Source: Marsupella aquatica (lineage: Eukaryota; Plantae; Marchantiophyta). Taken from it: 64,000 bases of DNA. Shown piece by piece: positions 25,301 through 38,315 of this stretch. The DNA is taken from NCBI GenBank assembly GCA_973895155.1, contig OZ316894.1, positions 17,390,563 to 17,454,562 of the forward strand. Direction: 5' to 3'. The position numbers were made by a program, and so were the translations under genes. Within the stretch, counting starts at the first letter, position 1; each line of letters starts with the position of its first letter. Under the pieces are notes generated by a model. It ran no database searches. It was given only the letters and a program-made list of their open reading frames with translations, and was not told the DNA's origin.

Positions 25301-28300
25301 GGTGTTCTGGCTTTACCATTCATCAACCTGCAAATGTAGTACCGAGGACAAAGTAAACTTACCGGACCATGTCATCCACAATGTCTCGAGCATGAACATC
25401 TATGGTAATCAGAGCACACAAAATCTTCCTTTCCAGAGATTTAAGCTCTCCTCTCACCAATACCGACAGTGCCTCCAGTTGATTTATGCAAAGCTCCAAC
25501 GATTCAACAAGGGCCACCTCCACATTCTTGGCATCGCCAGCTTTCAAGGCATCTTCAACCATTTTACTCCAATATATCTGACTCGTCATGACCACCAATT
25601 GGGCAGCATGTTTGAGAGTCCATTCAGGTCGTGGCCTCTTTACGTAATCTTGAACAGAGAGTTTAGCCAACCTGTGTTTTCAAACACACAACAGTTCCTT
25701 GAGATTATCCGTGGTTGCGTCTAATGCGTGGGCTCTGTTTACATCAAAGCTCTTGAACAAAAATGTCACTTCTAAGACCTGGGTACCAGATGTCATTGAA
25801 GCCCCACAGACCACAACAGTTGACAAGACGATAGGGTGGATTGCTGCAACCTGCATGAACGGCTCTGAATTGTTACTTTTTACTAGATAGCACCTTTCCT
25901 CTGTATAAATGGCCTCTCTTTTGTCTGTCAAAAATGGCCTAATCCATCAGAGTCCCCAGGGCAAAGGTTATCAAGCATCTACTTTACCCCTCTATGGCTA
26001 AACACAAAACCAAGAAAACATCTATGATTAGCCACTGTTGATGAATTTAAAGAGAAAGACTGGCCGACCTTCGCAAACTGGCCACCATACTCTGTTCAAC
26101 AGATGTGAGCCAAGTTTCCACATTCCCTCGGGCCTTCAGGTTCTTTCCGAGCGTGACCCTTTCTCCTTCTCCAGAAACCATCCCATAAATGTCGATGCTC
26201 TTGGGGTCTTCTCCAAAATCCAGACTTCGGATACCATCTGGTAACAGGATTTTATCACAAGAACACCTCATAACCTCGTTTGGCACTCTATACTGCAATA
26301 CTATATTCTTTGGGGCGTAAAGTTTTGTTGCACAACTTGTTCTGTGCAGCAGCACGAGCATCAGGCTAGTCTTAGCAATGCTTGAACAGGGCAAGTGACA
26401 CTAGACCGGCCGGGAGGCATTTGAATGATTGAGTTCAGAATGTAAGAGTCTGCAGGCTTTCAAATAAAAATAGGGGAATGTTAAATCCACCCGAAGGTTT
26501 TACTATGTTCACTCTAATAACTAGAACTAGCCCACTTTGTTGGTGTCTCAAAATCTGCAGGCCTACAAACCTGTTACATCAATGGTTGGGCTTGTTATGG
26601 GGTTGAGGGTTTAGGCTTTCAACCTTATAAATTAGAACTGGTTGCCATTTAATCACCCAGTTGCTATGACAGCTTTAGTTTCATTGCCGGCACTGATTGA
26701 TACATTTCCAGGTTCCTTGGTTTTCGAGTAAGTTCAAACACAGTCCTTTCAGCTTAATTGGACGCTTAGAGAAGCCTGTTTTCGAATTCTTGTGAGGGTA
26801 TCAGTGAATGTGTCTGAGGAATTTACAAGGAAGAGACTCGGAACATAGCTGAAACTTACCAAAACATTTTGACATGTGTGGTTGCACGGCTTGTACGTTG
26901 CGTGTTTGGGCAAGAATCTCCAACAATTCATCATTTGAAAGAAAGTAGAAACGAGGAAACGCCATGCGCTTCGTCTCCAAATAGTCTTCCAAATTCTTCT
27001 GAATCTTCTCCAATGTTTCGTTACTTTTGGTGAACGTTTCAAGCCAGCCAGGAGATGTACCAGCTTGGAGTGCATTTGCCCTGTCAGCAAAATTTTATGT
27101 TGATCAATGATACATCTTGCTGATCGGATGGGATCTATATCCCAAATCTTGTGATCGGATAGCATTCCTAAGCGTGCATGGGATATCTGGCAACATGCAG
27201 TTTAACTGCAAGGTGGGATCCCATCCGAGCTTAAACTTTTGCATAGAGATCCCATCGCAGCTCAGCTTTAAACTCTACTGAGGCTCGAAGGTTTCTCTTG
27301 CAAAAAGCATAAACAAACAACATATAGTCCTTTCATGAGGAGTTTTATTATCCATCTTGTCCCTTCAATGCCCATGAAATTGGAAAACAACTCCCAATGC
27401 CGGTCAAAGAGGTAACGAACCTGTCATGTGTGCGTTTCATGATGTCTTTGAATTGTTTGTCCACTGCAAAGAAAGCTTTGCTCTCGTTGGGAAGTTGTCG
27501 TTGGATGTCAGGTGCACTAAAAATACTTTCCAAATACATCCATTGTTTTTGGCACTCACACCACTGATCCAACACCTTTCCAAAGAGTTTGAGTTGGTTT
27601 TCCATTTTCTCAACCTCGTTCTTGATTCCAGCAACAAATCTGGGTAGAATCATATGAAGGTCAACTTTTTTGAAGAAAAAACTCAAGAAAGTGGAGAAAG
27701 TATTTTTCTTGCTTGCTCTACCTAGATAAACATTTGTTTTACATTGAGATATATCACATTGCCACTTTTTTTTGTCCAATTACATACTTTGCCACTCTTT
27801 TTAGTTCAAGTACTACTATACATTGCCACTCTTTTTAGTTTAAGTACTACTATACATTGCCACCTTTTTTCACCATTGGTAAGCAAAGTAACTCTGCTTA
27901 TTTGGCAAAAAATGTGTTGAAATAAAAAAAGAGGGGCACTGTAGTAAATCTCAGCTGTTATATATAACAGCAGTTTCTAGTAAGTAAGATTGAAAATATT
28001 ATCTTATCTATTCCCATACAAACTAAACATCTTACCACTAATCAAACGAGTAATCCAAAGGAAAGTGGTCAAACCTTGAGGAAGTGACAGTGTTCATTGT
28101 CACCATGGAGTCCTCTAAGGCAGTCATCACATCATCAACACTTCCAAGGACGTAGACATCCTTGAAGTCCTTATATTGCTTGACAATGAACTCAATGGTG
28201 TTCCACTGGACATGATCCAAAATCAACAAATTGAAGTTTTGTAAGTATAAAAATTTGTTGGTTGTCTCTTGGCTTTATCTGTGGCATCTTTACAACAAGA

Positions 28301-31300
28301 TTACAAGTACAAGGAAGGTAGCTATTTCAAGACATTGTTAGAAAAGCACATGAAGTAAAATAAAGTTAGAAGTAGTGGTATTTCACTTGCACCAAAGGCT
28401 CCCACTTATTCTACACCCCTTAAAGTCATTTCACAAAATCAGACTAGAGTGAAGCTCCCCAGGGTCTTCATTCCCCTCTCATTTTTCCAAGCCCGTTCCC
28501 TTGGCTGTGATTTTTCTGGGTAGTAGATAGAGAGAGTGGAAATCTTATTCATCCACTCATGCACGTCCCTAGTTAGATGACGACGCATTTGGCTACCTTA
28601 AGAGAATCTGCTTACTCGGACCATTTACCAAATGTCTATGACTGGATGGATTAGTATGAATTCACTTGAAGACAAGAATGCCATTCCTATACAAACAACC
28701 ACGTGCCAAAAATTCCCATAAATTTAAGTGATGTTGGTACCTTATCTCTCACACCCTGCATAAGCTCTTCCAAGGCTGCTTCTTGTGTTGCCTCATTTGA
28801 AATATTGGCAATATCAGCTTTGAATTCCATGACATTAAAGTCAATTAATTTCCCCAAAGTAAACTGGGCATTTCGTTCAATCTGTTCCAGATTGCAACAA
28901 CAACAAAAACCTGTAGAGTTAAGAGGAAAATGTTTGGTTGAAAGGGAAGAAGGTCCCCTCCCAGTTCCTTTCGCCAAAATCATGGGGTAAATGACAACAT
29001 TTTGATACACTTCTCAATTATTCTTTGGCCTGTGTGCAAGAAGAAACAAAGGGCGACAGGGAAATTGCCAGGGGATAGGGGAGATAGCCAGGTGTCGAGG
29101 GATGGGAACTCACTGCCGGGCAAATCAAAATGTCCAAATGAAAACAATATACATTTTTCATGAATAATTAGCGAGGGCATACCTTTCACCAGGCCTTTGC
29201 GAGGACAAACAAGATGCAACTGGACTTCAAGATTGAGCCCCATGCAGGTATAGCATACTAAAATACCTTGTGATTGATCACTGCCTCAATTTTCTTCCAA
29301 TGTCTGTCCCTCAAGCACGTGTTTCTCATATTTTGTATTACAGGAACTGAAAGTCGAAGTTCATCGACCATCTTTCGAAGCTTTTGAACAATAGGATTTG
29401 GTGGCATTCCTCTTTCCAATTTTACTGCTATCTTGGCATATCTGTCAAGTGTCATGGTGACCTGGTTTAAAATTTTATGAAGTGAAAAAAGTCTTGGTCT
29501 TGCACACACTACACTAAATAGCATACATTGCTTAGACTCTGTGCTACTAGTTAATTCATACAATGGCCCAGATTAGCAATAAAAGGTGGGATGGTATTCT
29601 TTCAATCAGTTAGCAATTACATGATTCATTAAACCATTCTTTTGGGGAAGACAGAAGTTTACTTGTTCACAATCTCTTCAACTTCGACTGTGTCCAGACT
29701 CTCAAAATGTGTTGCTGTCCAAGTCAATGATTTTTCTTCTAGTTCTTTTAATCCCAACCACAAAGCGTGTCGCAACTCCATTTCGTCTGCTGCTTGCATT
29801 AAGTCATCAAATCTGGACTCCTCCACCTTCAAGGCAATAGTGTTTCTAAAGTTGTCATCATTTCGTCAAAATATACATAAAAACAAGTATTTTGTTTGCT
29901 CTCAGATGTACAGAGAAGTCAACTGAAGTCTACTGATTCCTCATATGTCAAATTGTAGAAATATGTCACTAGAAAGAATATCTATATTTTCTCGCATAAG
30001 AGCCGTTCATAGCTATTGTTTCTCAACTTCCCATCTGCGTAGAATGAGGGAAAACCTGGTGCATCCCTTGATTACACTCATGAGGATTTTCCTTCTTTTA
30101 ATTCATTTTGTCCCTTGTGCCTCCTCCCCCGCCCTCAAATGAAAAAGAATATATATAGATTGATATTGATAGTAACCTGACAGCCTCCCACTGCAACTCT
30201 TTCAACGACTTAGTTTAGATTAAGCTCTAGATGAAGCTACATAATATGTCTAAAAAACAACCAGGACATTTCATTGGGTTAAGTGTAATATCTTTAGATA
30301 GATACAAGAAAACCCTTCTTCACACTGTGACAAGGCCTCTCAAGGTCCATCATATTGTAGAGAGGCTTGCAGCTAGCTAAAATTACTCAGACATGATTAC
30401 ATTGCATAGCCAAAATATTCATTCAGACATGACACAAAACTATTACCCCAAATAACTTCTGATACATCAGAATCCGGTTAGCTACAGCCTTTTGAGCTGC
30501 TACATCCTGAGATAGTCTGCCCATGTATTCCAGCATCATGGATTGGTCTGCATCTGTAATGTCACCCCAGTCATGCCCAACAGTCCAGTGGTCATCCAGG
30601 AGAAATTGTATGCAATGCAAAAAGGGTGGCTCTAAGTCCAATTTTATTTTTTAATTAAAGTCCAATTCTTTTATTTTTCAGAGTCATCTATTAGATCCAG
30701 TGTCATGAAAAGAAAAGAAAAGAAAAGAAATTAACTATGTGTTAACTTTTAGCTTTGATGATATGCTGCGCCATGTTTACACTAAAGCATGCCACAAATT
30801 CAAGGCTTTTTCTGTCTGCTTCTACAGGATTGTTAATAAGTGACTTTTCATTAGAATGGATACCAGTAAAGATGTGTCCTGATAATCTTTATAAAACACA
30901 TGAAACTCTACACAACAGCAATTAATTAAGTGGTACAAGCTCAACACTAAAAAAGTGCAAACAACTTGAGGGTATTGGATGAAAGCAATGAATTGTCCAA
31001 AGAAATCATTTTCCTTGATTCTTTGACCTAGATGGCTACCTAGTTTGAATGACAGCAAACCAATTGAGGGGTTTATCATAGTTTAGGAAAACCATATTAA
31101 GATTGACTCCATCATTCATTATGGCTAGATGGTTACCTGCACTCAAAACTAGTGGGTTCTGTACAGCTTCGCGGATCACAATCACATCTTTTCTTAATTT
31201 CTCCACCTCTGCAAATAGGTCAGCACTGAATTTGATGATGTTTTCGTGCTTAGTCTCCACTACCACATCCATAGCTTCCTTACAGACGGTGAAGTCATTA

Positions 31301-34300
31301 TTCATCATGAGATATGATGCATACTCTAGATCAGGAACTGGAATGCCATGATCTTTCATCAAAGCATAATGGTCATGAATGAGATCAAACTCTTGTTCAA
31401 GGACATCCAGCTTAGTTTGAAATGCCTGTGTTGCCAGGTATCACAATTAGTCACAATGTCAGCCGAGCTTCCACCACTTCACACAAGATGGGTTTGGCCT
31501 ACAAAAATTAAAAACTATCCTGGAATTGTACAAATGTATATTCCACCCTGTGGCATAAATGGTGCACAAATGGCAAGCTACACTTTCAGTTGCAAGAAGG
31601 GATGAAGATATACCCTTCAGTGCATAGCTGGTAAGACTACTTAATGTAACTCAATCATTTGGTTTTGATAGTTTAGGATATACCTAACCTCTGCAAAGTT
31701 TGCAACCTCAACAAACTCCTCAACTGTTGTAGGTTTGACAGCCATTTTCTTCTCAGCAGCATGCACCTCGTTGATAAATACCTACTTAATTTGAAGATAA
31801 ACATCTACTAAGTTAGACATCACTTGCTAAGCAGAGCTCAACCAGTACTTTCTTGGAATTTTCTATAATGATAAACTGAGAACTAAGGCATCTTGAAGTG
31901 TAAACTACTGTCATAAATCTTCAAGGGTCATAAGTCTGATTCTCATTTAAGGATCCAAACTTATATCATCTATTGGAAAATTACCGTGTAATGCTCAGCA
32001 GCCAACACTGGCAGTAGTTGATAAATGGCTTCAAGTCCCTTACGAGGATAGGGAATAAGTGAGTTTTTTAAGTTCACATAGTTGATGTGAAAGATTCCCT
32101 GTGGATGATAATGCACAAGTATAAGGGACTACATCAAAATTTAAAAGTTTTCGTTGCTTATCACATTGATCTTGGGTACAAGTAAAAAAAATTGTCTTCT
32201 AAATTGTTTATATGGCAGTAAAAGATATCTCATTTCCCTTCTTAAGTTGTCAAGCTTAGATTCAACGAAGAGGACACAAAAAGTGTCCTAGTATGATTAT
32301 TTTGGGTATAAAAAACTCAGAACAAAGCTAGGCTCAAGTTTTGATAAAATCTACATAATTGTAAGGATTTTACCACTGGAGTTATTCCATTTAGAATTTT
32401 GACTTTTCAATGTTTTGGGGGATGGTATACTTTACCTTGGTTAATTATACTATTTCCTAACAAATGCACAAATTTATGGACATACCTTGGGCAATATGGA
32501 TTTAAATGGTTGGTGATTTCAGTAAACCAATGATTCCCTTAAACTCAAATCCAAGGTAATATATTCCTTGGACTAGGATTTTAGAGATACAGTCATGAGG
32601 GTTTTAGAAGGACAAACTCAGAAGGAGATTACAAGATCAGTATTATTGGGTGTGGACTCAATCTCCTTAATCTCTTTTCGAAACCGCACAATGTCATTTT
32701 TGAATAACTCCAAGTCTCTTTGCTTCTTCTCAATCTGTGCAGTACAACATACAAGTTAGAGATCAAGCTATGAGAATTCCAAAATAGATTAATTTGAGTG
32801 CTTCCTTCTACTTGTTAAGAATTCCAATTCCATGTTATGGTACATGAGAAACACTTTGGTGCAGTTCAGTGAGTTGCGCATTAGGTACACGGGGACGAGG
32901 ATTGGGGGCTTTCTGTTTCATTAATGTTGTCCTGCCTAAGCTCTCACATGTCCCCCAACACATCTTGTGATGGCCACCCTACAATTTGTTTTTGGACCAT
33001 CTTACCTTCCTCCACCTCAGCTTAAAAGTCTCTCTCAACTGAAGTAGAATTGAAGCAAGGCAAACCTTGAGGCACACAAAACTGGAGTAGACCAAATTGA
33101 CTATTGCAAAAAGGTTGAATTGTTTGCTAATTGAAGCAAGAAACAAGTACTCTTTGAGTTTCAAGTTACTACCTCTTCACGCATGGAGTCAGCAGAGACA
33201 AACTTGCTCTTGATGGAGGTCTCCAAGTATGGTTGAAATGAAGTCTTGTTCATTTCTGCATCCTAGAAACACAGATCAAAACAATTATTTACAACTTTCT
33301 ATTAATATAGGATATATATTCATTCACCTCCTAAGCCTTTTCTTCTTGAAAAAGAGCAAAGAAAACATTGTTGTCAGATTGATGCATTCTTTTTCCAATG
33401 GTTCCATGGGTGTCTTTGACTGACCTATTCCTAAGCACCAAATAAACAACAGCCCAAGTAATGCATACCCCAAGTTCAGCTCTGGGCTGTGATATTTTTT
33501 GGAAGATGTCATTCCTAAGCTTAACTGAACCTAAGTCTATGAAACCCATACTTTCTAAGAATTAAATAAACTCAAATTCCCTACATTGTCTCATATTAGC
33601 TAAAAGACTTTAATTTGAGTTTTGGGTTTCTCCTTACAATGGGCCTGGTCCTATTTAGACAGCTAGTTCATAGACCTTTTCCAATGCCAAAGGAATGAGA
33701 AGATCGTATTTACCTTGTAGGCTAGTGTGATAGACTGCTTTATCGATGAGATGAGGGGTCCAAATTGACCCTCCCCAATGAGTTCGAGGAATGAAGCAAG
33801 GTTGTCTATTCCTGTATCAGCTTTATCCACCACTCCATCGAGAATTGGATTATAGAGCAGTCTACGAAGACATCTAACAATGTCCATCATGGCCTTTATC
33901 CACACCTCCACCTGACGACCACAAAACAAAACAATGTGCACTAAATCAAAGGTGCTATTACCATATGAACTCCAGAAACTCTCATTGGAATGCACTAATC
34001 AACTTTATATGCCTAGCACTGCCAAAATCCCTTTATGAGTTAATTTACTAATCATCTAAATCTGATGAGCTAAAGTGTCTTCAAGATTAGAGACTGAATA
34101 GTATCTCCTCTAACTAATCTAATGTATCTGATTTGACTTTCATACCACTATCAAGGAAGTGGATGCTCGGATAGACCACAATGGTTGACTGTGTGACTCT
34201 CCAATGGACCATCCACTTTTTGACACCCAAAACAATGAGCATTTATACAAAGGAAAGGTGTTTGCGAGTAAAACATAAAATGTAATTGTGGTCTGTGCAT

Positions 34301-37300
34301 GTTGCAGTGATCCATCTAAGCACCTTGTTGAATGCGGTAGCCCATGGGAGCTCCACTTTTGTTTAGCAAGGGCAACAACCTTCAGATACTGGAGATAACT
34401 AGCCTGATTACCCTGTCCATGAATTTTGACGAGAATTTTTTTTCCATGCTATTTCCTGTTCATCTTTGTCCCATCCATGTTTTTTTGCCTCCACCTTCAC
34501 TTTCAATTATGCCCCGAGTTAGAGGCTTCACTCTAGACTACTGGCCCAAGGAGCATAGACACTAGGCCCAAGGAACAGCTTTCGATTGCGCTTTATTAGT
34601 TAGATAAGATGGATGTCACATTGAGACTTACATTCCTCTCAAATTCTTGCAAGGATGGTGTAATGACTAGATTGTCATCCAACACTGCAAGCTCCACTTC
34701 AAATACTTGAGGGAGATCTGGCAACTCCTCAGGTTTCAGGAATATTTGTGATGGTCGTTTGACCATCAATGGTTCTGCTGTGTTAGTAATTCTTCTAGAC
34801 AAGCGCTTCTCTTTCTCAGCTGCTTTGTTGTTCTTGTCATCTTTTTCATTTTGGTTTTCTGGAGGAGCTGCTTGGCCTCTGCTCGCATCTGGTGCCGCTG
34901 CAGTTGGCTCTGGTAGTGTTGGTAGTGTTGGTGGTGGTGGAGGAGTGGGTTGGGCAGGTTTGTGAGCAACACGGTGAAGGAAAGCTTTCAAGGTGCTGGT
35001 CAGCACCTCACGCAGTGCATCAGCTATGAGGTAATCGGTGAGCCTCACACAGTTCTGCAACCTGCTTTGTTCCGACCTCTTTGCTGCTGCAATCAAGTAC
35101 TTGTATCGCTCCTGACTCTCCTTCTCTTCAAGCTCTTTTTCTTTCTCAAGCTTCCACTTGGCAGCTAGCCCAGTCATTTGCCCATATTTGACCACCTCTT
35201 TTGCATGGCCGCTTTTTGATTGGTTTGGGTTGTTTGGGTCATCCTTGCGCCTACCCATTAGGTCGTCCTCCAGCTTTATCAAAGCTTTGGTGCAAGCTTC
35301 CCGTAGCTCATCTCCAACATCATGTGTCAACTGCATAATTGATTGAAGGTAAGGACATCTTCCAAAATCCCTACTGTGATCGCCATTGCTATTCTCACGT
35401 TTCAGTAGAGGCGCATTCACAAGATTCTAATTGGTGATCAGTATCCATGGCTGACTTGAACGTAATAATGTGTGTGGTATTCTTTTAGGTATTTAACTCC
35501 TGGAGATAGTGATTGTTAGGCATTGTATCCTGCAGCCTTACACTTGGCAGATTTATCACTACAACGAACGCGGAATGATTGCAAAAACTAATAAAGGTAT
35601 CTTGCTTATGTACCTGGACAATTCGAGAGTTGTTCTCATCTTTGACAACTTCTTGAGTTGTCATGAATTTTTCTAAGGTGTAAATCACCGCGTGCTCAAG
35701 CTTTAAAAACTTCATGGTCCAAAGGTGAGCGCACATCTGTGACAGAAAAAGATGACAGTAAGGTACCGAGGTATTGAAGCTGGAAAGAAGAGGTTTGACG
35801 AAACCGAAGTAAAAGTTCTAAGGACCAAAAGCAAATTCTTTCAACTAATTAATGACTGGGTTTTGTCTCCATGTAAACCACTTCATTGTCCAGATTAGAC
35901 GAGTGAAATGTGGACTTAGTATCTCTAGATGCCCCGGATGTGGAAAGTGATGTTGTGTGTGTAACTAACACACCTCAAACTACAAGTGTACATATCAGGT
36001 GTTGACTGGATTGCACCGAGTCTGACTGGGCTGCACAGATTGTCGACTCGGTGCACCTTGTTTAAGTGAACCCTGACCAGAGGCAGCGCATAAAAGAATT
36101 TCACGCTTGATTCTAAACGGGATAGTGAGCCTTTTTAAGTGAGACTTTCATGAACCAATATGTACTTGATTCGTGCAAGCAGCCAAATATTCACCTCCAC
36201 GACTCATGCAACTTGCCTTTCGAATCTTTAGTAAAACCGCTGCAAATATGATGTTGCACCAAAATTGTCTCTTTAACAACTTCGCGATTGCGATTTTCTT
36301 CTTTTTCCTCCTTACGTAGTGTTTCCAGACCTTCCAACTCTTCCAATACTTATACTGCAAGGTCGTAGCAAAGGAACGAAAGGGATCAATGACGAGTTCA
36401 ATGTCGTGCTATCATTCGCAAAACATCCATCTCCTTTTCTACCTAGATTTGCGTCACCACCCAGCAAAGGGGATCCCTTCTTATTCTTATTCTTTCGTAA
36501 GGACTCACGCTATATCACACCATAGGTGACAGATCTGTACATTAATGTCGCCTGAACAGTTAGCAAAGGACTTTCTTATTGACTTATTCTATCACAACCA
36601 GGCAAAATCTTACTACTTGAGAAATCGTATTGTAAACTGTTAGTACAATTTCCAATTTTGTAATATGAAAGAACATATCAGGATCTCATATATTAGTGAA
36701 GGTATGGGACTGTTTCCGTTTACCTGACGAAACACGTTGAGATTGATGATACATTTAAAAGACCGATAACCTCGCTCCCATTGTTCCAAAGGAGTGAATT
36801 CTGCGAAGGAAATATGATTATACTTTCCTCGAACACGGACACAAGGTTTTATTCAAGCTTTCTCTACAAAACTGGATTGCTAGATAAGTATCGTGTCACT
36901 TTACGCTTAGCTCTGGGACCATGCAGGACGAATCTTTCTTGTTGAATCTCACAACGAGTTCTCTTGTACCTGAATTCATTCTAAACTCTAACTCTCACAT
37001 TGAGGACTGCGTTTATACCTACACGTTCGATCCTACTCCACACACGAACTAGAGCAGCCCTTAGCTTTCCTTTTTCGGGATTCAGATTGCTAATTATCTG
37101 ACGAGGTTAGCCAGATATTCACCTTACGTAATCATTTATTGACTTCAAAGTTATTTGCTTCCATTGTGTTGGGATTGGTGTGGTAGTAAATAAGAACTCA
37201 TCAAAGAAAATTTTTGAAAACAGTACCTGCATCATTATCTCGAAATAATGTGACTCCTTGAGCACTCATAGTGTAATGGTATGGACTGTCAATCTCGCCA

Positions 37301-38315
37301 TATGTGGTGATTTCCAATTCGTATGGGTCAAATTCTGGAGTCTTCGGATATCTTGGTGGTTGGAGATATATAAATTCCATGGTGGTCGGTTCCCTCTTGA
37401 GTAGGTCTGAGCACTTTCCATCAAAGATTCTCGTTAGACAGTGAGCAAGAAAGAGGAAAGATGCAAACTGGTAGCTGACTAAATCTAAAAACTGAATCGC
37501 TTGGCTTGATGTCTGATGATTGTAACTCTCTTTCGATGACATTGGTACACCTCTCATGGGACTCACGTGTGATAATACTTTCACTGCGTTGTATTTTGTT
37601 GCGACATGCTAAAAATCTCCTTATGCTTGTCTAAGTATAGTGGGAAACTTGAGAGGAGAGAAGGATAGAACAGAACAGAGACGCAACAGGCACCAAAAGC
37701 ACAATTATACGTACCAAGGAAAGGCATCCACGAGTAGTTGGGAGGAAGATGCTTTGCAGCGAGAGCGAACTTCCCACGCTTCCTTTTCCATTTTTCGTGT
37801 GCGCTCAGCACGGTTTTGAGCGATGCAGCGGTAGTAGGGCGCTGTCGTCGGGGCGACACGGACATCGGCCTGGATGTGGGAAGTTGGTACCGAGGAGGCC
37901 GTGGAGTCCTCGACGACGACGACGCAGCCCCGTCCACTTCCATAATTCCCAGTGTTGGCGTCCCAGGAGGAAGCGGCGATGAAGCAACGGTCCCATACTG
38001 CGGCCTACAGAATTGCTCTCCATGAGAGGTTTGGAGCTTCCTGGCCCCTCCTCCTGCGGGTGCCGTCTGTGGAGGCGTGCCGCTATGGAAAGTCGATGCA
38101 GTTGTGCCGGCCCCAACGATGCCATACCCTCCTCCAGGTGTTGGCACAGAAGCAGAGTCTGGTGCTGTCCGAATTCCAACGAACTGAGAGCTCGATGCGT
38201 CGGAGGGGTCGAAGAGCTTGGCTTTCTTTGGCTTGGAGAAGCTTTGGTTCTGCTTCAAGTAGAGCCGAGACTTGAGGGCATCTCTCGGGAGTGACGAGTG
38301 GTGGGGAGAATCCAT
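10397..38315 (-). CDS. DNAH6: Axonemal inner-arm dynein heavy chain, DNAH6-like (single-headed class), ~41 coding exons, ~4,200 aa
   Basis: Four P-loops: [34 protein letters not shown]. Other motifs: [62 protein letters not shown] (DNAH6-type), [16 protein letters not shown], the stalk coiled coil and [25 protein letters not shown], and C-terminal YQCPLYKT. Approximate exons: 38315-37715, 37406-37227, 36800-36724, 36354-36217, 35736-35614, 35330-34632, 33911-33714, 33262-33173, 32734-32633, 32098-31985, 31781-31689, 31425-31137, 30553-30447, 29826-29663, 29442-29267, 28881-28741, 28205-28075, 27638-27421, 27080-26860, 26237-26068, 25672-25363, 25103-24779, 24560-22655, 22459-22205, 22070-21818, 21503-21243, 20789-20482, 20131-19726, 19434-19192, 19020-18922, 18735-18475, 18250-17815, 17282-17130, 16877-16530, 16246-14783, 14005-13855, 13644-13495, 12939-12479, 11979-11695, 11302-11098, 10632-10397. 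The subfamily call comes from remembered motifs, not a tree. Confidence 0.93.
12162..12332. mobile_element. MITE-like element with AACCAC termini in a dynein intron
   Basis: TA|AACCACCACTGGCCCT ... AGGGCAGGTGTGGTT|TA: imperfect terminal inverted repeats flanked by TA. Confidence 0.55.
14097..14378. repeat. Recent tandem duplication, 2 x ~138 bp, in a dynein intron
   Basis: ttaattttttcattgtcgatggcctggagccttc...ctaaaatggtctgtggaggaagg is present twice with only a few mismatches. Confidence 0.92.
27747..27951. mobile_element. MITE-like element with internal ~35-bp tandem repeats, in a dynein intron
   Basis: The left end gagatatatcacattgccactttttt is an imperfect inverted copy of the right end aaaaaaagaggggcactgtagtaaatctc. 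The internal unit ttgccactctttttagttcaagtactactataca is repeated. Confidence 0.5.
28352..28632 (-). pseudogene. Degenerate 25S/28S LSU rRNA fragment inserted in a dynein intron
   Basis: The reverse complement reads tctcttaaggtagccaaatgcgtcgtcatctaactagggacgtgcatgagtggatg...cacagccaagggaacgggcttgg...gaagaccctg...ctctagtctga...gtgaaatgact...ggtgtagaataagtgggagc...gtgaaataccactact. This is collinear with the conserved eukaryotic LSU rRNA but carries many substitutions. Confidence 0.9.

Noticed and set aside
14905-37982. Numerous + strand ORFs over the dynein gene
   Set aside because: Antisense shadows of dynein exons or chance intronic ORFs.
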